NCBI GenBank assembly: GCA_965233585.1
Contig: CBDDTI010000747.1
Coordinates: 64,001-128,000, forward strand
Source: a bacterium
GTDB lineage: Bacteria > SAR324 > NAC60-12
Direction: 5' to 3'
Length of the DNA stretch: 64,000 bases
Both the position numbers and the translations under genes were made by a program. The notes under the pieces are model-generated. The model saw nothing but the letters and a program-made list of their open reading frames with translations, was not told the origin of the DNA and ran no database searches. This document shows, piece by piece, positions 51,479 to 61,604 of the stretch (within the stretch, counting starts at the first letter, position 1; each line of letters starts with the position of its first letter).

Positions 51479-52220
51479 GATTTGGCAACTTGCTTTACTT
51501 GGTGGTGTAGGAATTTTTGCAGGCTGGCTGAATGTGCTGGCAGGTGGGGGGTCTTTAATGACTATTCCAATCATGCTGTTTATGGGGATTCCTGCTCCTG
51601 TTGCTAATGGAACAAACCGCATTGGCATTTTGTTTCAAAACCTTGCTGCAATCTATGGTTTTTTTCAAAAAGGACTTCATCAGGTGAAGTTAAGTTTAAG
51701 TTTGGCAGCATGTGCAACGTTTGGGGCAATCATCGGTGCTTCTTTGGGTGTTCAAATCACAGGCAAGTTGTTTGATTATTTGTTAGCGGCAGTCATGCTG
51801 GCGGTGATGTTACTCACAGCACTAGGGAACAAAAGTGAAAGCCGTGACCAGTTAGGTAACCCAAAAAATTTGATGCTAGGACACTTCTGCATGATTGGTG
51901 CGGGGGTTTGGGGCGGAATGATTCAAATCGGCATAGGGTTTATCTTAATGCCTATTCTCAATCGCATCATGGGCTTCAACTTGGTTCACACGAACATGCA
52001 CAAGGTCACAATCGTTGCCTGTTACACGTCAGCAGCATTGATTGTGTTTGCTATTCACATACAAATTCTCTGGCTACCGGGAATCATCTTGGCAATAGGG
52101 ACAAGCACGGGGGCTTATCTGGGTGTCCACACAACGACTTTAAAGAAAGGAGAATATTGGATTAAATGGGTGCTTTACCTCACTATCACTGCTTTTATTG
52201 TCAAACTCTTGCTTTTCTAA
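51468..52220 (+). CDS. TauE/SafE family (sulfite exporter-like) membrane protein
   Basis: AGWLNVLAGGGSL.TIP, ANGTNR, GVWGGMIQIGIG duplicated-half motifs. Confidence 0.9.
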   Translation: MSFEIWQLALLGGVGIFAGWLNVLAGGGSLMTIPIMLFMGIPAPVANGTNRIGILFQNLAAIYGFFQKGLHQVKLSLSLAACATFGAIIGASLGVQITGKLFDYLLAAVMLAVMLLTALGNKSESRDQLGNPKNLMLGHFCMIGAGVWGGMIQIGIGFILMPILNRIMGFNLVHTNMHKVTIVACYTSAALIVFAIHIQILWLPGIILAIGTSTGAYLGVHTTTLKKGEYWIKWVLYLTITAFIVKLLLF

Positions 52221-52273
52221 CTCATTCATATTAAAGTCTCTGGTCAATGTAAACCTGCACTTATGAAAAGACA

Positions 52274-53338
52274 ATGGCACGTATAGAGTTAAAAAATTTG
52301 ACAAAACGTTGGGGGAGTTTTGAAGCGGTGAAAGAGACTAGCATTGACATTCAAGACAAAGAATTTTTAGTCTTGCTTGGGCCCAGCGGTTGTGGAAAGA
52401 CAACAACAATGCGAATGGTGGCAGGGTTAGAGTCACCCACGTCAGGAGAAATCCTAATAGATGGGAAGTTGGTCAATGACTTAGAACCCAAAGACCGCAA
52501 TGTGGCAATGGTCTTTCAATCCTATGCACTTTATGCACATCTCACCGTTTATGAAAACATTTGCTTCCCCTTAAAAGTCAGACGCATTCCCAAAAAACAA
52601 TGGAAAGATGCCGCTTTGAAAGCTGCAAAGATGGTAGAGTTAGACCATCTTTTAGAAAGATACCCCAAAGAGCTTTCAGGGGGGCAACGTCAGCGAGTTG
52701 CTTTGGCAAGAGCCATTGTTAGGCAAAAGCCAAGCTGTTTTTTGATGGACGAGCCTCTTTCTAACTTAGATGCCAAGCTTCGTGTCACCATGAGAACAGA
52801 AATCAAACATTTACAAGAACAACTTCAAGTGACGACAATTTACGTCACACATGACCAAATAGAAGCTATGACTTTGGCAGACCGTGTGGCACTCATTAAA
52901 CATGGCGTCATACAACAGCTTGGAACGCCCCAAGAAATTTACAACAATCCCCAAACTCTCTTTGTTGCAGGCTTTATTGGCAATCCTGCTATGAATTTGA
53001 TTCATGGTGAGCTAGTTGATGGCAAGTTTCGCTCCGATGGTATCCAAGCAAAAATGACTGATGGTCTTTCCAAAAGCAATGTCATTTTGGGAGTTCGTGC
53101 AGAAGATTTGCAACTGCAAGCCCCTGGAGAAGGTGACATACAAGGACAAGTCTATGCCTTTGAACAATTAGGCGAGTGCAATATGGTTGTCATGGTGCTA
53201 GGAGAAGGCAGGTTGTCTGCCAAAGTAGATAAAAACCAGTTCTTTAAAACGGGCGATGCAGTCTCTTTTTCTGCACCTCAAAATGCTTACTATCTCTTTG
53301 ATGGTGAAACTGAACAAAGAATCTATTTAAAAGATTGA
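52274..53338 (+). CDS. Carbohydrate (CUT1) ABC transporter ATPase, MalK/UgpC-like
   Basis: GPSGCGKT, AMVFQSYALY, LSGGQRQR, MDEPLSNLDAKLR, YVTHDQ.EAM. Confidence 0.95.
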   Translation: MARIELKNLTKRWGSFEAVKETSIDIQDKEFLVLLGPSGCGKTTTMRMVAGLESPTSGEILIDGKLVNDLEPKDRNVAMVFQSYALYAHLTVYENICFPLKVRRIPKKQWKDAALKAAKMVELDHLLERYPKELSGGQRQRVALARAIVRQKPSCFLMDEPLSNLDAKLRVTMRTEIKHLQEQLQVTTIYVTHDQIEAMTLADRVALIKHGVIQQLGTPQEIYNNPQTLFVAGFIGNPAMNLIHGELVDGKFRSDGIQAKMTDGLSKSNVILGVRAEDLQLQAPGEGDIQGQVYAFEQLGECNMVVMVLGEGRLSAKVDKNQFFKTGDAVSFSAPQNAYYLFDGETEQRIYLKD

Positions 53339-54345
53339 TGTCAAATTTTCAAGCCAACAAACAACTTGTCTTAGATTTATATCGCGAGTTAGAAAAAGCA
53401 CAGGGAGATGAGCTAAAATCTGTGTTCTGTCGTTACGCAAGCCAAGATTACCATTGGCGGGGAATGCACCCTTTTCACGAGCAGCAAGGCATTGATGCTG
53501 TTTGCGAGGTCTTTTGGAAGCCATTGAAAATGTCATTCACTTCTTTACAAAGGCGTCCTGATGTCTTGATGGCAGGGTTAAACGATGTGGACAATGGGCA
53601 AACCGAGTGGGTTTGTAGCATGGGGCATTTGATGGGATTGTTTGACCAAGCATGGCTAGGTATTCCACCAACAAAAAAGATGGCATTCTTCCGTTATGCC
53701 GAATTTCATTGCATTCAGAAACAAAAAATCACTGAAACAGCTTTGTTCTTTGACGTCATTAGCATCATGCAACAAGCAGGGCATTATCCCTTACCTCCGC
53801 AAACAGGGGCATTTTTCATTCACCCAGGACCCAAAACGCATGACGGATTGCTGTTTGACAAACAAGCCTCTGATGAGTCCCAAAAAACTTTAGACCTAGT
53901 TAAAACAATGTGTTCTCATTTGGCTGACCTAAATGAAAGTAACGAACGTTGCCCCCCTGAATTATTAGCACAAACTTGGCATGATGACATGGTCTGGTAT
54001 GGTCCTGCTGGAATTGGTGCAACCTATACCATTCCTAGATACCAAAAACAACACCAATACCCGTTCCGTGACCATCTTAAAAACAAAGTGTTTAATGGTC
54101 ATGTCTGCCGTTTTGCAGAAGGGAAGTATGCGGGTTTTTTTGGCTGGGCTAATTTAACGAATACACCCACAGGGGGCTTTTTAGGGTTACCTGCTAATGA
54201 AACACGTGCCGATATGAGAGTCGTAGATATTTACAGACGAGAAGGAAACAAACTTGCAGAAAATTGGGTGTTCATGGACTTGCTGCATTACCTCAATATG
54301 CAAGGCTTGGATCTTTTGAAACGTCTCAAAGACCTCACTGGCTAA
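53335..54345 (+). CDS. Tandem SnoaL/NTF2-like 'ester cyclase' family protein
   Basis: FWKPL, WLGIPPT, WHDDMVWYGPAGIG, MRVVDIYR...KLAENWVFMDL. Confidence 0.8.
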   Translation: MMSNFQANKQLVLDLYRELEKAQGDELKSVFCRYASQDYHWRGMHPFHEQQGIDAVCEVFWKPLKMSFTSLQRRPDVLMAGLNDVDNGQTEWVCSMGHLMGLFDQAWLGIPPTKKMAFFRYAEFHCIQKQKITETALFFDVISIMQQAGHYPLPPQTGAFFIHPGPKTHDGLLFDKQASDESQKTLDLVKTMCSHLADLNESNERCPPELLAQTWHDDMVWYGPAGIGATYTIPRYQKQHQYPFRDHLKNKVFNGHVCRFAEGKYAGFFGWANLTNTPTGGFLGLPANETRADMRVVDIYRREGNKLAENWVFMDLLHYLNMQGLDLLKRLKDLTG

Positions 54346-54385
54346 AACTTGACCAAACCTATAAACCTCTAATTAAAGATACAAA

Positions 54386-55468
54386 ATGATGACGGAACAA
54401 TCCCCAATCGCATTGATTCACAACTACACTCAAGAAGCCATTCAATGCCCCACTGAAGAGGTGTTGCAAAAATACTTTGCACCCGATTTCAAGTTTCATG
54501 CAGGGTATCCCATTGATGATTTGCTCACTCTGACTGATGTTGCCACAAAATTTTGGCAACCTTTGAAAGATGCTTTTGAGGGCTTAAAACGGATTGAACA
54601 TATTGCACTTGATGGAACTTGTGCGATTGACGGCAAGACATGGGTTGCTTGCACAGGTCGCTACGTTGGGAACTTCACCAAGCCTTTGCTTAGCATTCCT
54701 GCAAATCAATCTTCTGCACACCTGCGTTTTGGTGAATTTTATTGCATAGAAGCTGGCAAGATTGTTGAAGTGTATACGTTGTTGGATTATGTGCATTTGA
54801 TGAAAGATGTAGGTGTGTCTGCCCTCCCCAAAACGCTTGGCTCTGACGAAGATGTCCCACCTCCCCAAACATCAGATGGCTTGCAGTATGGTGATGCTGA
54901 CCCAAAAATGAGTCAGCAAAGTCTGTCATTAGTGATGTGCATGCTTGCCGAGTTACTGGTTGATCGTCAAACCTCCAGTCAACAAAGAAGCTATTGGGCA
55001 GATGACATGGTTTGGTATGGACCCTCAGGGATTGGGACTTTTCGCAGCCTCAAGTCTTTTGCTCTCTATCGGAGTGCTTTTTTAAATACTTTCCCAGACC
55101 GTGATTATGGCAATCATCATGGCGTCATCTCAAAAAATGCTTATGTTGCAGTAGTCGGGTGGAAGGGAGTGCATGCAACGCATCAAGGTTCAGGTTGGTT
55201 TGGACTTGCTCCAACAGGTCAAAAAATTACATTGAGACTCATGGATTTTTGGAGGCTGGAACAAAACCTGATTCAAGAAAATTGGGTTTTGATTGACATT
55301 CCTCATTTTTTCACGCAATTAGGGATTGACCTGTTTAGATGTATTAATTATCTTTACCTGAAATCTCCGTTTGAAGTGCCTCAATCTTCTGGCAAATCTC
55401 CTATTGAAACCCGTGAAGATGCGCAATTCAAACAATTTTTAACCAAATGTTACCAAGAATCGCTGTGA
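54386..55468 (+). CDS. Tandem SnoaL/NTF2-like 'ester cyclase' family protein (paralog of the upstream gene)
   Basis: FWQPL, LLSIPAN, WADDMVWYGPSGIG, LRLMDFWR...IQENWVLIDI. Confidence 0.8.
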   Translation: MMTEQSPIALIHNYTQEAIQCPTEEVLQKYFAPDFKFHAGYPIDDLLTLTDVATKFWQPLKDAFEGLKRIEHIALDGTCAIDGKTWVACTGRYVGNFTKPLLSIPANQSSAHLRFGEFYCIEAGKIVEVYTLLDYVHLMKDVGVSALPKTLGSDEDVPPPQTSDGLQYGDADPKMSQQSLSLVMCMLAELLVDRQTSSQQRSYWADDMVWYGPSGIGTFRSLKSFALYRSAFLNTFPDRDYGNHHGVISKNAYVAVVGWKGVHATHQGSGWFGLAPTGQKITLRLMDFWRLEQNLIQENWVLIDIPHFFTQLGIDLFRCINYLYLKSPFEVPQSSGKSPIETREDAQFKQFLTKCYQESL

Positions 55469-55510
55469 TAACATGGTGACGTTTTTATCTTTAAATCAAA
55501 AGGAATCAAA

Positions 55511-56752
55511 ATGAAAAATTATTTTAAAACAATGATGATGGCTTCTTTAGGAAGCGTGATGGGTGCAAGTGTTGCGTTGGCAGACAAGTGTGACGTCAGT
55601 GCCAGCGGAACGTATGGGTTTATTTCAAACTCTACTCCTCTGTTTGTGGACTTTGGAAAAGAATTGAAATCAAATTGCGATGTTGATGTGCAATGGAAGG
55701 CGTTGGTTGAAAATAATCCTCCAACGTTAGAAGGATTGTCTGTTCCCAAGTCGCCATTTGCAGGTGTGGTGTTGTCTAATAGTCAATTTGGAGATTACAA
55801 CTCTCAAGGATTGTTGAGACCTTTAGATGATTTGTTGAAAAAATATCGCAGTCAGTATTCATTTTTGACAGACAATATGTTGATTAAGGTTGATGGGAAA
55901 GTCTATGCGATTGCCTTTAAATCTAATCTGCAACACTTGATTTATCGTAAAGATTTGTTTCAAAAATACGGAATTGAAGAACCCCAAACCTTTGATGAAG
56001 TCATTGCTGCTGCCAAAAAGTTACGTGGTAAAAAAGACGTAGATTATGCTTTTGGCGCAGCATTTAAATCAGGTTGGAACTTAGCAACAGAATTTACAAA
56101 CTTGTATCTTTCTACTGGCGATGAGTTTTTTAAATCAGGTTTTCAACCAAACCTTTACAGAAACAAAAATGCCTCTCGTGCCTTAAAAACACTAAAGAAA
56201 CTCTATGGGTATTCTTCCCCGAATAGTCTTGCTTTAGCGTCTGGAGACGTCACGTCGTTGTTTCAAAGTGGTCAGATTGGGATCATGCAAATCTGGGCAA
56301 CACGTGCTTCTGCTACTGAAGACCCTAAACTTTCTAAAGTGATTGGAAAAGTTGAGATAGGAAGTGCAGCAAAACTTTCTGCAAGTGACCCCTACACTGC
56401 CTCTGCTTTATGGTGGGACGGCTTTGCTATTCCCAAAACAACAACCAACGACCCAGAAACCACTTTTAAGTTATTCATGGAACTTTTGGATAAAGAAACA
56501 GTGTCTAAATCATCTGACAAAGCAGTTTGGATTTCTCCTTACTACAAGGCTGGTCAATATTCAAAAGGAGTCACTAAAACGATTGCCAATCAAGTAAGAG
56601 TCTGGCCCAATGAACCCCAATTTTCCATTTTACATAGTGCTTTGGGTAAATACTTGCCTGACTATCTGCATGGTTCTCGTACCTTAACCCAGACTATGAA
56701 AAGGGTAGAAGCTGAATACAAAAAAGTAGCTAAAGAAAAAGGCTTCCTTTAA
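55511..56752 (+). CDS. Carbohydrate ABC transporter substrate-binding protein (family 1)
   Basis: RBS AAGGA, signal peptide (ALA-D), LRPLDD, DGKVYAI, LIYRKDLF..YGI..PQTFDE. Confidence 0.9.
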   Translation: MKNYFKTMMMASLGSVMGASVALADKCDVSASGTYGFISNSTPLFVDFGKELKSNCDVDVQWKALVENNPPTLEGLSVPKSPFAGVVLSNSQFGDYNSQGLLRPLDDLLKKYRSQYSFLTDNMLIKVDGKVYAIAFKSNLQHLIYRKDLFQKYGIEEPQTFDEVIAAAKKLRGKKDVDYAFGAAFKSGWNLATEFTNLYLSTGDEFFKSGFQPNLYRNKNASRALKTLKKLYGYSSPNSLALASGDVTSLFQSGQIGIMQIWATRASATEDPKLSKVIGKVEIGSAAKLSASDPYTASALWWDGFAIPKTTTNDPETTFKLFMELLDKETVSKSSDKAVWISPYYKAGQYSKGVTKTIANQVRVWPNEPQFSILHSALGKYLPDYLHGSRTLTQTMKRVEAEYKKVAKEKGFL

Positions 56753-56844
56753 TCCGTCTAATCCATTCAAAAAGACATTGCAACGTTTTTTGAACTTCAC
56801 AATGTCTTTTCTTCTCATATCTTCAATTTTCAAGCCCATCAACT

Positions 56845-57876
56845 ATGGATCGCAAGACATTCCTCATCTTTATCGCACCAACTTTAGTAGCAATGACCAT
56901 TTTGATTGCATTGCCACTGGTGGGGGTCGTGTACATCAGCACCTTAAATTCTTATGTTAAGACAGAGCTGAAGGAAGTAGAAGAGACCAATCCCCTGTTG
57001 GGCACTGTGAAAAAAACAATCTCTCAACCTGTTTTAGATGAGAACGGGAATGCCATCAGGATTTGGGAAGATGTGGGAATAGACAATTACAAAAGTTTGA
57101 TAGGGCTAGAGGCGATTTTAGAGGCAGTGTCGGAAGAAAAAGAAGATGGGTTGAATGTTTTTGGGTGGCTGTATCAAATCATCTCAGATGTCGCTTTTTT
57201 GAGTGCCTTAGAATTTACAATCTTATATGTTTTGGTGACCACTCCTTTTGTGCTGGTCTTGGGCTTTTTAAGTGCCTTAGCAGTCAACAAAATGACTCGC
57301 TTTTTAAAAGCCATCTTTATCCCCGCAACGCTCTTGCCATTTATCATCACTCCCGTCGTTGGAGCATTATCTATTAAATGGCTGTTTATAGACAATGCTG
57401 TCATCACAGTCATGTTAGAAAATATTGGATTGGGCAAAATTTATTTTCTTGAAAGCAAATGGACTACACGTTTCTTAATCATACTTTATGGAGTGTGGCA
57501 CATGACCCCTTTTGCCTTTGTGGTGTTATATGCAGGATTACAAACCATTTCAGAAGATGCACTAGAAGCCGCTAGAGTTGATGGGGCATCAAAATTTCAG
57601 TGCGTTTGGTATGTAGTGATTCCGTCATTAGTCCCGTTGTTTGTTTTTATTTTGTTGATTCATGTCATGGATGCTTACCGAGTGTTTGAGCCTGTGTTGG
57701 TGTTTTCTGGAGGCAATAATGCAACCTCACTCCAATTCTTGACCTATGATATTTTGGCAACAGAAAGCAACTTTTTTAAAGCGTCAGCTGCTGCAGTTGC
57801 GACAATAGTTGGAGTGATTTTGTTGCTTTCTCCAATGATTGTGCGCACCTATCGTGAATATCGTAGAGGTCTTTAA
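56845..57876 (+). CDS. Carbohydrate ABC transporter permease (MalF-like)
   Basis: VGIDNY, W.MTPF, AGLQTI...LEAARVDGA (EAA loop). Confidence 0.92.
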   Translation: MDRKTFLIFIAPTLVAMTILIALPLVGVVYISTLNSYVKTELKEVEETNPLLGTVKKTISQPVLDENGNAIRIWEDVGIDNYKSLIGLEAILEAVSEEKEDGLNVFGWLYQIISDVAFLSALEFTILYVLVTTPFVLVLGFLSALAVNKMTRFLKAIFIPATLLPFIITPVVGALSIKWLFIDNAVITVMLENIGLGKIYFLESKWTTRFLIILYGVWHMTPFAFVVLYAGLQTISEDALEAARVDGASKFQCVWYVVIPSLVPLFVFILLIHVMDAYRVFEPVLVFSGGNNATSLQFLTYDILATESNFFKASAAAVATIVGVILLLSPMIVRTYREYRRGL

Positions 57877-58715
57877 TGTTGCAAAAACTCAATCCTTTCA
57901 TCTCTAAAACTGCCCTGTCCACTTTGTTAATGGCATGGCTCATCGTGGGGGTCTTTCCGTTCTTGTGGATGACGATTATTTCATTTCGCCTGCCTGTTGA
58001 TGCCTTTTCAAGTTCTCCGACTTTGTTCACTTCTTATACTTTAGAAAATTTTTATAAAGTTTGGGTAGAAGATGCGTTTTACTGGAATTTTTTGAACACC
58101 ATCATTGTTACTGCTGGCGTAACTTGTATTTCTTTAGCATTAGGTTGTTTGGGCGGCTATGCACTTTCTCGCTATACAGGGAGCTTGGGTTTTTGGATTT
58201 TGTTAGTGGCTCTCATCTTTCGTGCCTTACCATATACTTCATTATTGCCTGCCTACAAATTAGTCTTTCACGAGCTGGGAATCATCAATCGCTATGAAAC
58301 GATTATTCTTGTGTTGGTGGTGTTAAACCAACCGTTTACTTTGTGGATGTTGCGTTCTTTCTTTGTAGGGATTCCCAAAGACCTAGATGAGGCGGCATTA
58401 GTAGATGGATGCGGTAGGATTAGTGCTTTTTTTAGAGTGATTATGCCAGTCATGTGGCCTGGGGTTGTCACAACAGGTCTTTTTTCTTTGCTGTTGGCAT
58501 ACAATGATTTTGTCATCTCCAGTCAGCTTTTGGTAGGAGACAAGCAAACAGTGGTCTCTGCATTGAGTATCTACATGAACGCAGATGATGACCAGTATTT
58601 ATTGATGCAGGGGATTGCAGGTGCAGTCTCTGTAATGATTCCCCTCGTGGTTCTTGTCATCTTCTTTCAAAGACGCATCGTTGCAGGGTTAGTGCAAGGT
58701 GCTGTCAAAGGTTAG
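57876..58715 (+). CDS. Carbohydrate ABC transporter permease (MalG-like)
   Basis: TLENF, IPKDLDEAALVDG (EAA loop), QRRIVAGL..GAVKG. Confidence 0.93.
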   Translation: MLQKLNPFISKTALSTLLMAWLIVGVFPFLWMTIISFRLPVDAFSSSPTLFTSYTLENFYKVWVEDAFYWNFLNTIIVTAGVTCISLALGCLGGYALSRYTGSLGFWILLVALIFRALPYTSLLPAYKLVFHELGIINRYETIILVLVVLNQPFTLWMLRSFFVGIPKDLDEAALVDGCGRISAFFRVIMPVMWPGVVTTGLFSLLLAYNDFVISSQLLVGDKQTVVSALSIYMNADDDQYLLMQGIAGAVSVMIPLVVLVIFFQRRIVAGLVQGAVKG

Positions 58716-58775
58716 CAGGTTGATTTTTTGACCTGCTCTTGTCATCTTACAAAGTCTTCTTAAGACTCCTTTTTT
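58714..58775 (+). terminator. Candidate terminator hairpins at the end of the catabolic cluster
   Basis: AGCAGGT-N10-ACCTGCT (58714-58737), then AGTCTT-CTT-AAGACT followed by CCTTTTTT. Confidence 0.35.
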
Positions 58776-58863
58776 AGCTTGGTCTAAGCCATTGAGATTG
58801 GCTCACTCATTGAGATTAAGCCACTTCATTCAAAAATCAGTTTTTAGATTTTCTGGAAAAACG

Positions 58864-59919
58864 ATGTTAAAAGTCATGTTCACAGGAGGGGGTTCAGGAG
58901 GTCCAACAATCCCTTTGATTTGTGTATATGAAACACTACAAAACAAATTAGGCAAGGACAAGGTTGATGCTTTGTTTTTGGGAACGTATGGTGGGGTGGA
59001 AAAACCTTTGGTGGAGGAGGCAGGTCTTCGGTTTGAGCCAATTCCTTCTGGCAAATTAAGGAGGTATTGGAGCTGGCAAAATTTGCGTGATCCTTTTTAT
59101 ATCGTGGCAGGTTTTTTTGTGGGATTGCTCAAACTGATTCAGTTTCGTCCAAATGTTGTGGTGTCAGCAGGCAGTTTTGCAAGCGTCCCTGTGGCATACG
59201 CCTCAAAAATGCTGGGCATTCCTCATCTCATTTTACAGATGGATGTCAAGGCAGGTTTAGCAAATCGTTTGATGAAATTGGCAAGCGTCGCCGTGGCACA
59301 TTGGTTTGAATCGTCTGCCAAGCAATTTCAAGGGATTCCAACGTACCAGATTGGAATGATTGCACGGCAAGCAGTTAAAAATGGAAGCCCTCATCGTGCT
59401 AACGAATGCTTTGGCTTAAAACCTGACCAACCATTGCTTTTGATTACAGGGGGCGGACAAGGTGCGTTAGGACTCAACTTGGCACTGGAGAAGGTTTTGA
59501 CGTTTTTACTTGAATCATTTCAAATCATACATCTGACAGGCAAGTCTTATCAGCCAAAAACTTACGAAGGCTATCAAACTTTTGAATTGATGACAACACA
59601 GATGGGAGATTTGCTGGCACGTGCGGACTTAGTCATCACACGTGCTGGAATGAGTGCCATTGCAGAGTTAGTGAGTTTGCAAAAGGATATGATTGTCGTA
59701 CCACTGCCTCATTCACACCAAGAAGACAATGCCAGACAAATCCAAGAAGGTGCTTTTTATTTGGCTCAAGAGGACATCAGCCTCCAGTGGTTTCAAGATT
59801 TTTTAAAATCTTATCAAAAAGGTAAAATCAAAAACCTTTCAACACTTACAAATGGTGAAGAAGCCTTTGCCTCTCTCATCTTAAAATATGCAAAAGGCAA
59901 CACTCTAAAAACTGCATGA
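58864..59919 (+). CDS. murG: MurG family undecaprenyl-PP-MurNAc-pentapeptide GlcNAc transferase
   Basis: FTGGGSGG, SGKLRRY, GSFASVP, GLANR, TGGGQGA, ITRAG...EL, HQEDNA; start set to ATG 58864. Confidence 0.88.
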   Translation: MLKVMFTGGGSGGPTIPLICVYETLQNKLGKDKVDALFLGTYGGVEKPLVEEAGLRFEPIPSGKLRRYWSWQNLRDPFYIVAGFFVGLLKLIQFRPNVVVSAGSFASVPVAYASKMLGIPHLILQMDVKAGLANRLMKLASVAVAHWFESSAKQFQGIPTYQIGMIARQAVKNGSPHRANECFGLKPDQPLLLITGGGQGALGLNLALEKVLTFLLESFQIIHLTGKSYQPKTYEGYQTFELMTTQMGDLLARADLVITRAGMSAIAELVSLQKDMIVVPLPHSHQEDNARQIQEGAFYLAQEDISLQWFQDFLKSYQKGKIKNLSTLTNGEEAFASLILKYAKGNTLKTA

Positions 59920-59943
59920 GCTTCATCAAAAAAGCATGTGCTG

Positions 59944-60939
59944 CTACAAATCTTCAAAGGCTTCAAAATTTCCATAACCAAAGGGGCTATATACCCTGAT
60001 TTTGACGATGGTTTGAGTGGTTAATAATTTTTGGTCTTCCAACTTCAAAGAAAACGTAGTCGTCTCCCCGTTCAGCATTTTGATTGGTTCTCTTCCCCTG
60101 TCAACAGACATAAAAAAGATGGGTTCATCGTTTGCGGCAAAGAAGACTAGCAAAGGAGTCAAGTCAAAATCCCCTTCTTCAATATTTTCGTTGTGTACAT
60201 GTTTGTTAGTCCAAAGACTCAATTCACGCTCTGGGGCATCGTTTTTTAGTTCAGTGTGCTTAAAATCTACATCAAGTTTGACAATACTATTAAAATCATC
60301 TACTGCTAGGTTTCTGATAGCAGTTGGTCGGACAGCTACCTCGGGTTGATAGTATTTTCGTTTGTCATAGGAAATAGACTGAATGATAAAACGTAGACTA
60401 GCAAAATCATTAGGGTCTCCACTCAGTGTTAAAGAGGCTCTAATATACCCTGTTTCTCCTTTTGCCAAACATGAGTTTGACCCCGTTTCTAAAAAGCCAA
60501 AACTTCCCAAGATAGGAATACGATTTTTCTCCTGATTTGATGGACTATCGCCATACTTGGTTGCCAAATTCAAAACTCCAATCCAACAATAGCCTTGATT
60601 TCCCACATTTTTAATGGGAATGGTCACATAACCCTGTGTAATTCCTAACCCAACAAGAGGGACATACAATGTTGCATTTTGGACGTTGAAGTCAGACGTC
60701 GGGTTGGTGACAGAAACTGGCACATTACGCCTCAAAGACCCTCTAAAACCTGCATTGCTGAGTGTCACAGCAGACACTTGGTTGGCTGGAAAATCTTGAT
60801 AGTTATTACCTGCCTTAAATTCTTCATCTTGTGGCATTTGATCATCAAACTCATTTTGATTCTTCTCAGCACAGCCTGTTGCGATGAGCAATAGCATCAC
60901 AAGACAAAACCTAAACAACCAAGAGACTTGTTTCAACAT
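59944..60939 (-). CDS. Hypothetical lipoprotein
   Basis: Signal peptide with lipobox-like IATG-C. Confidence 0.7.
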   Translation of the reverse strand: MLKQVSWLFRFCLVMLLLIATGCAEKNQNEFDDQMPQDEEFKAGNNYQDFPANQVSAVTLSNAGFRGSLRRNVPVSVTNPTSDFNVQNATLYVPLVGLGITQGYVTIPIKNVGNQGYCWIGVLNLATKYGDSPSNQEKNRIPILGSFGFLETGSNSCLAKGETGYIRASLTLSGDPNDFASLRFIIQSISYDKRKYYQPEVAVRPTAIRNLAVDDFNSIVKLDVDFKHTELKNDAPERELSLWTNKHVHNENIEEGDFDLTPLLVFFAANDEPIFFMSVDRGREPIKMLNGETTTFSLKLEDQKLLTTQTIVKIRVYSPFGYGNFEAFEDL

Positions 60940-61096
60940 AAATTCCTCTGATAAAAATTGTATTTTTTGATTTCTTGCTTCGGTTAATGATTTTTCTCAC
61001 TTGGTGCTTGGCTCTGCACTGAAACAAATGAAAAATCATCAAGCATCTTCAACGTTTGCGTTATATTGATTTTGTAAAACTGCATTACAAGATCAA

Positions 61097-61393
61097 TTAT
61101 TTATTTTTATAATTTTCTCCTAAATTTTTTAATAAATCATAAACTTTATCTCTTTTTTCAATTACAAATATAAATATAAAATCATTTTCTACTTTATATT
61201 CATAAATAATTCTATAAAAATTAACTCTTACACGATATAAAAAATATCCTTTTAATCTAATACAAGAATCAGGTAAAGGTTCATCAGTAAGTTCTTTTAT
61301 TTTTTGAGAAATATCTTTTGCAACCTTTACGTCTCCTTTTTCTAAAAATTTTAACTTTTTTGTAGCCTGTTTAGAAAATCTTAAATTAAGCAT
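61097..61393 (-). CDS. RelE/ParE family type II toxin (RelE-like)
   Basis: FSKQATKKL, P.PDS..RLKG..LYRVRV..YRIIY, IEKRDKVY. Confidence 0.9.
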   Translation of the reverse strand: MLNLRFSKQATKKLKFLEKGDVKVAKDISQKIKELTDEPLPDSCIRLKGYFLYRVRVNFYRIIYEYKVENDFIFIFVIEKRDKVYDLLKNLGENYKNK

Positions 61394-61604
61394 TTTGAAT
61401 GCGGTTTAACAATTCAATAGATTCCTCATGACCTATGCTATCTTCTTTCATTGCTTGAGATGCAAGTTCTCCCCATGCTCTATCTTCCAACTCTCCAAAA
61501 TCACGAAGAATATCTAATATGCAATTATTTAAACTTTTTCCTCTTGCTTCTGCTAACTCTTGCAAATCTTCTTCTAATTCCTTTGGTAAATCTAATGTAA
61601 CCAT
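61386..61604 (-). CDS. Ribbon-helix-helix antitoxin (RelB/CopG-like)
   Basis: VTLDLPKELEEDLQELA..RGKS N-terminus, acidic C-terminus; overlaps toxin start by 8 nt. Confidence 0.8.
   Translation of the reverse strand: MVTLDLPKELEEDLQELAEARGKSLNNCILDILRDFGELEDRAWGELASQAMKEDSIGHEESIELLNRIQNA

Noticed and set aside
34431..58715. tRNA-Gly-anchored integrative island
   Set aside because: No integrase seen and no convincing duplicate of the tRNA 3' end; a 9-nt match near 53027 lies inside a gene and is expected by chance.
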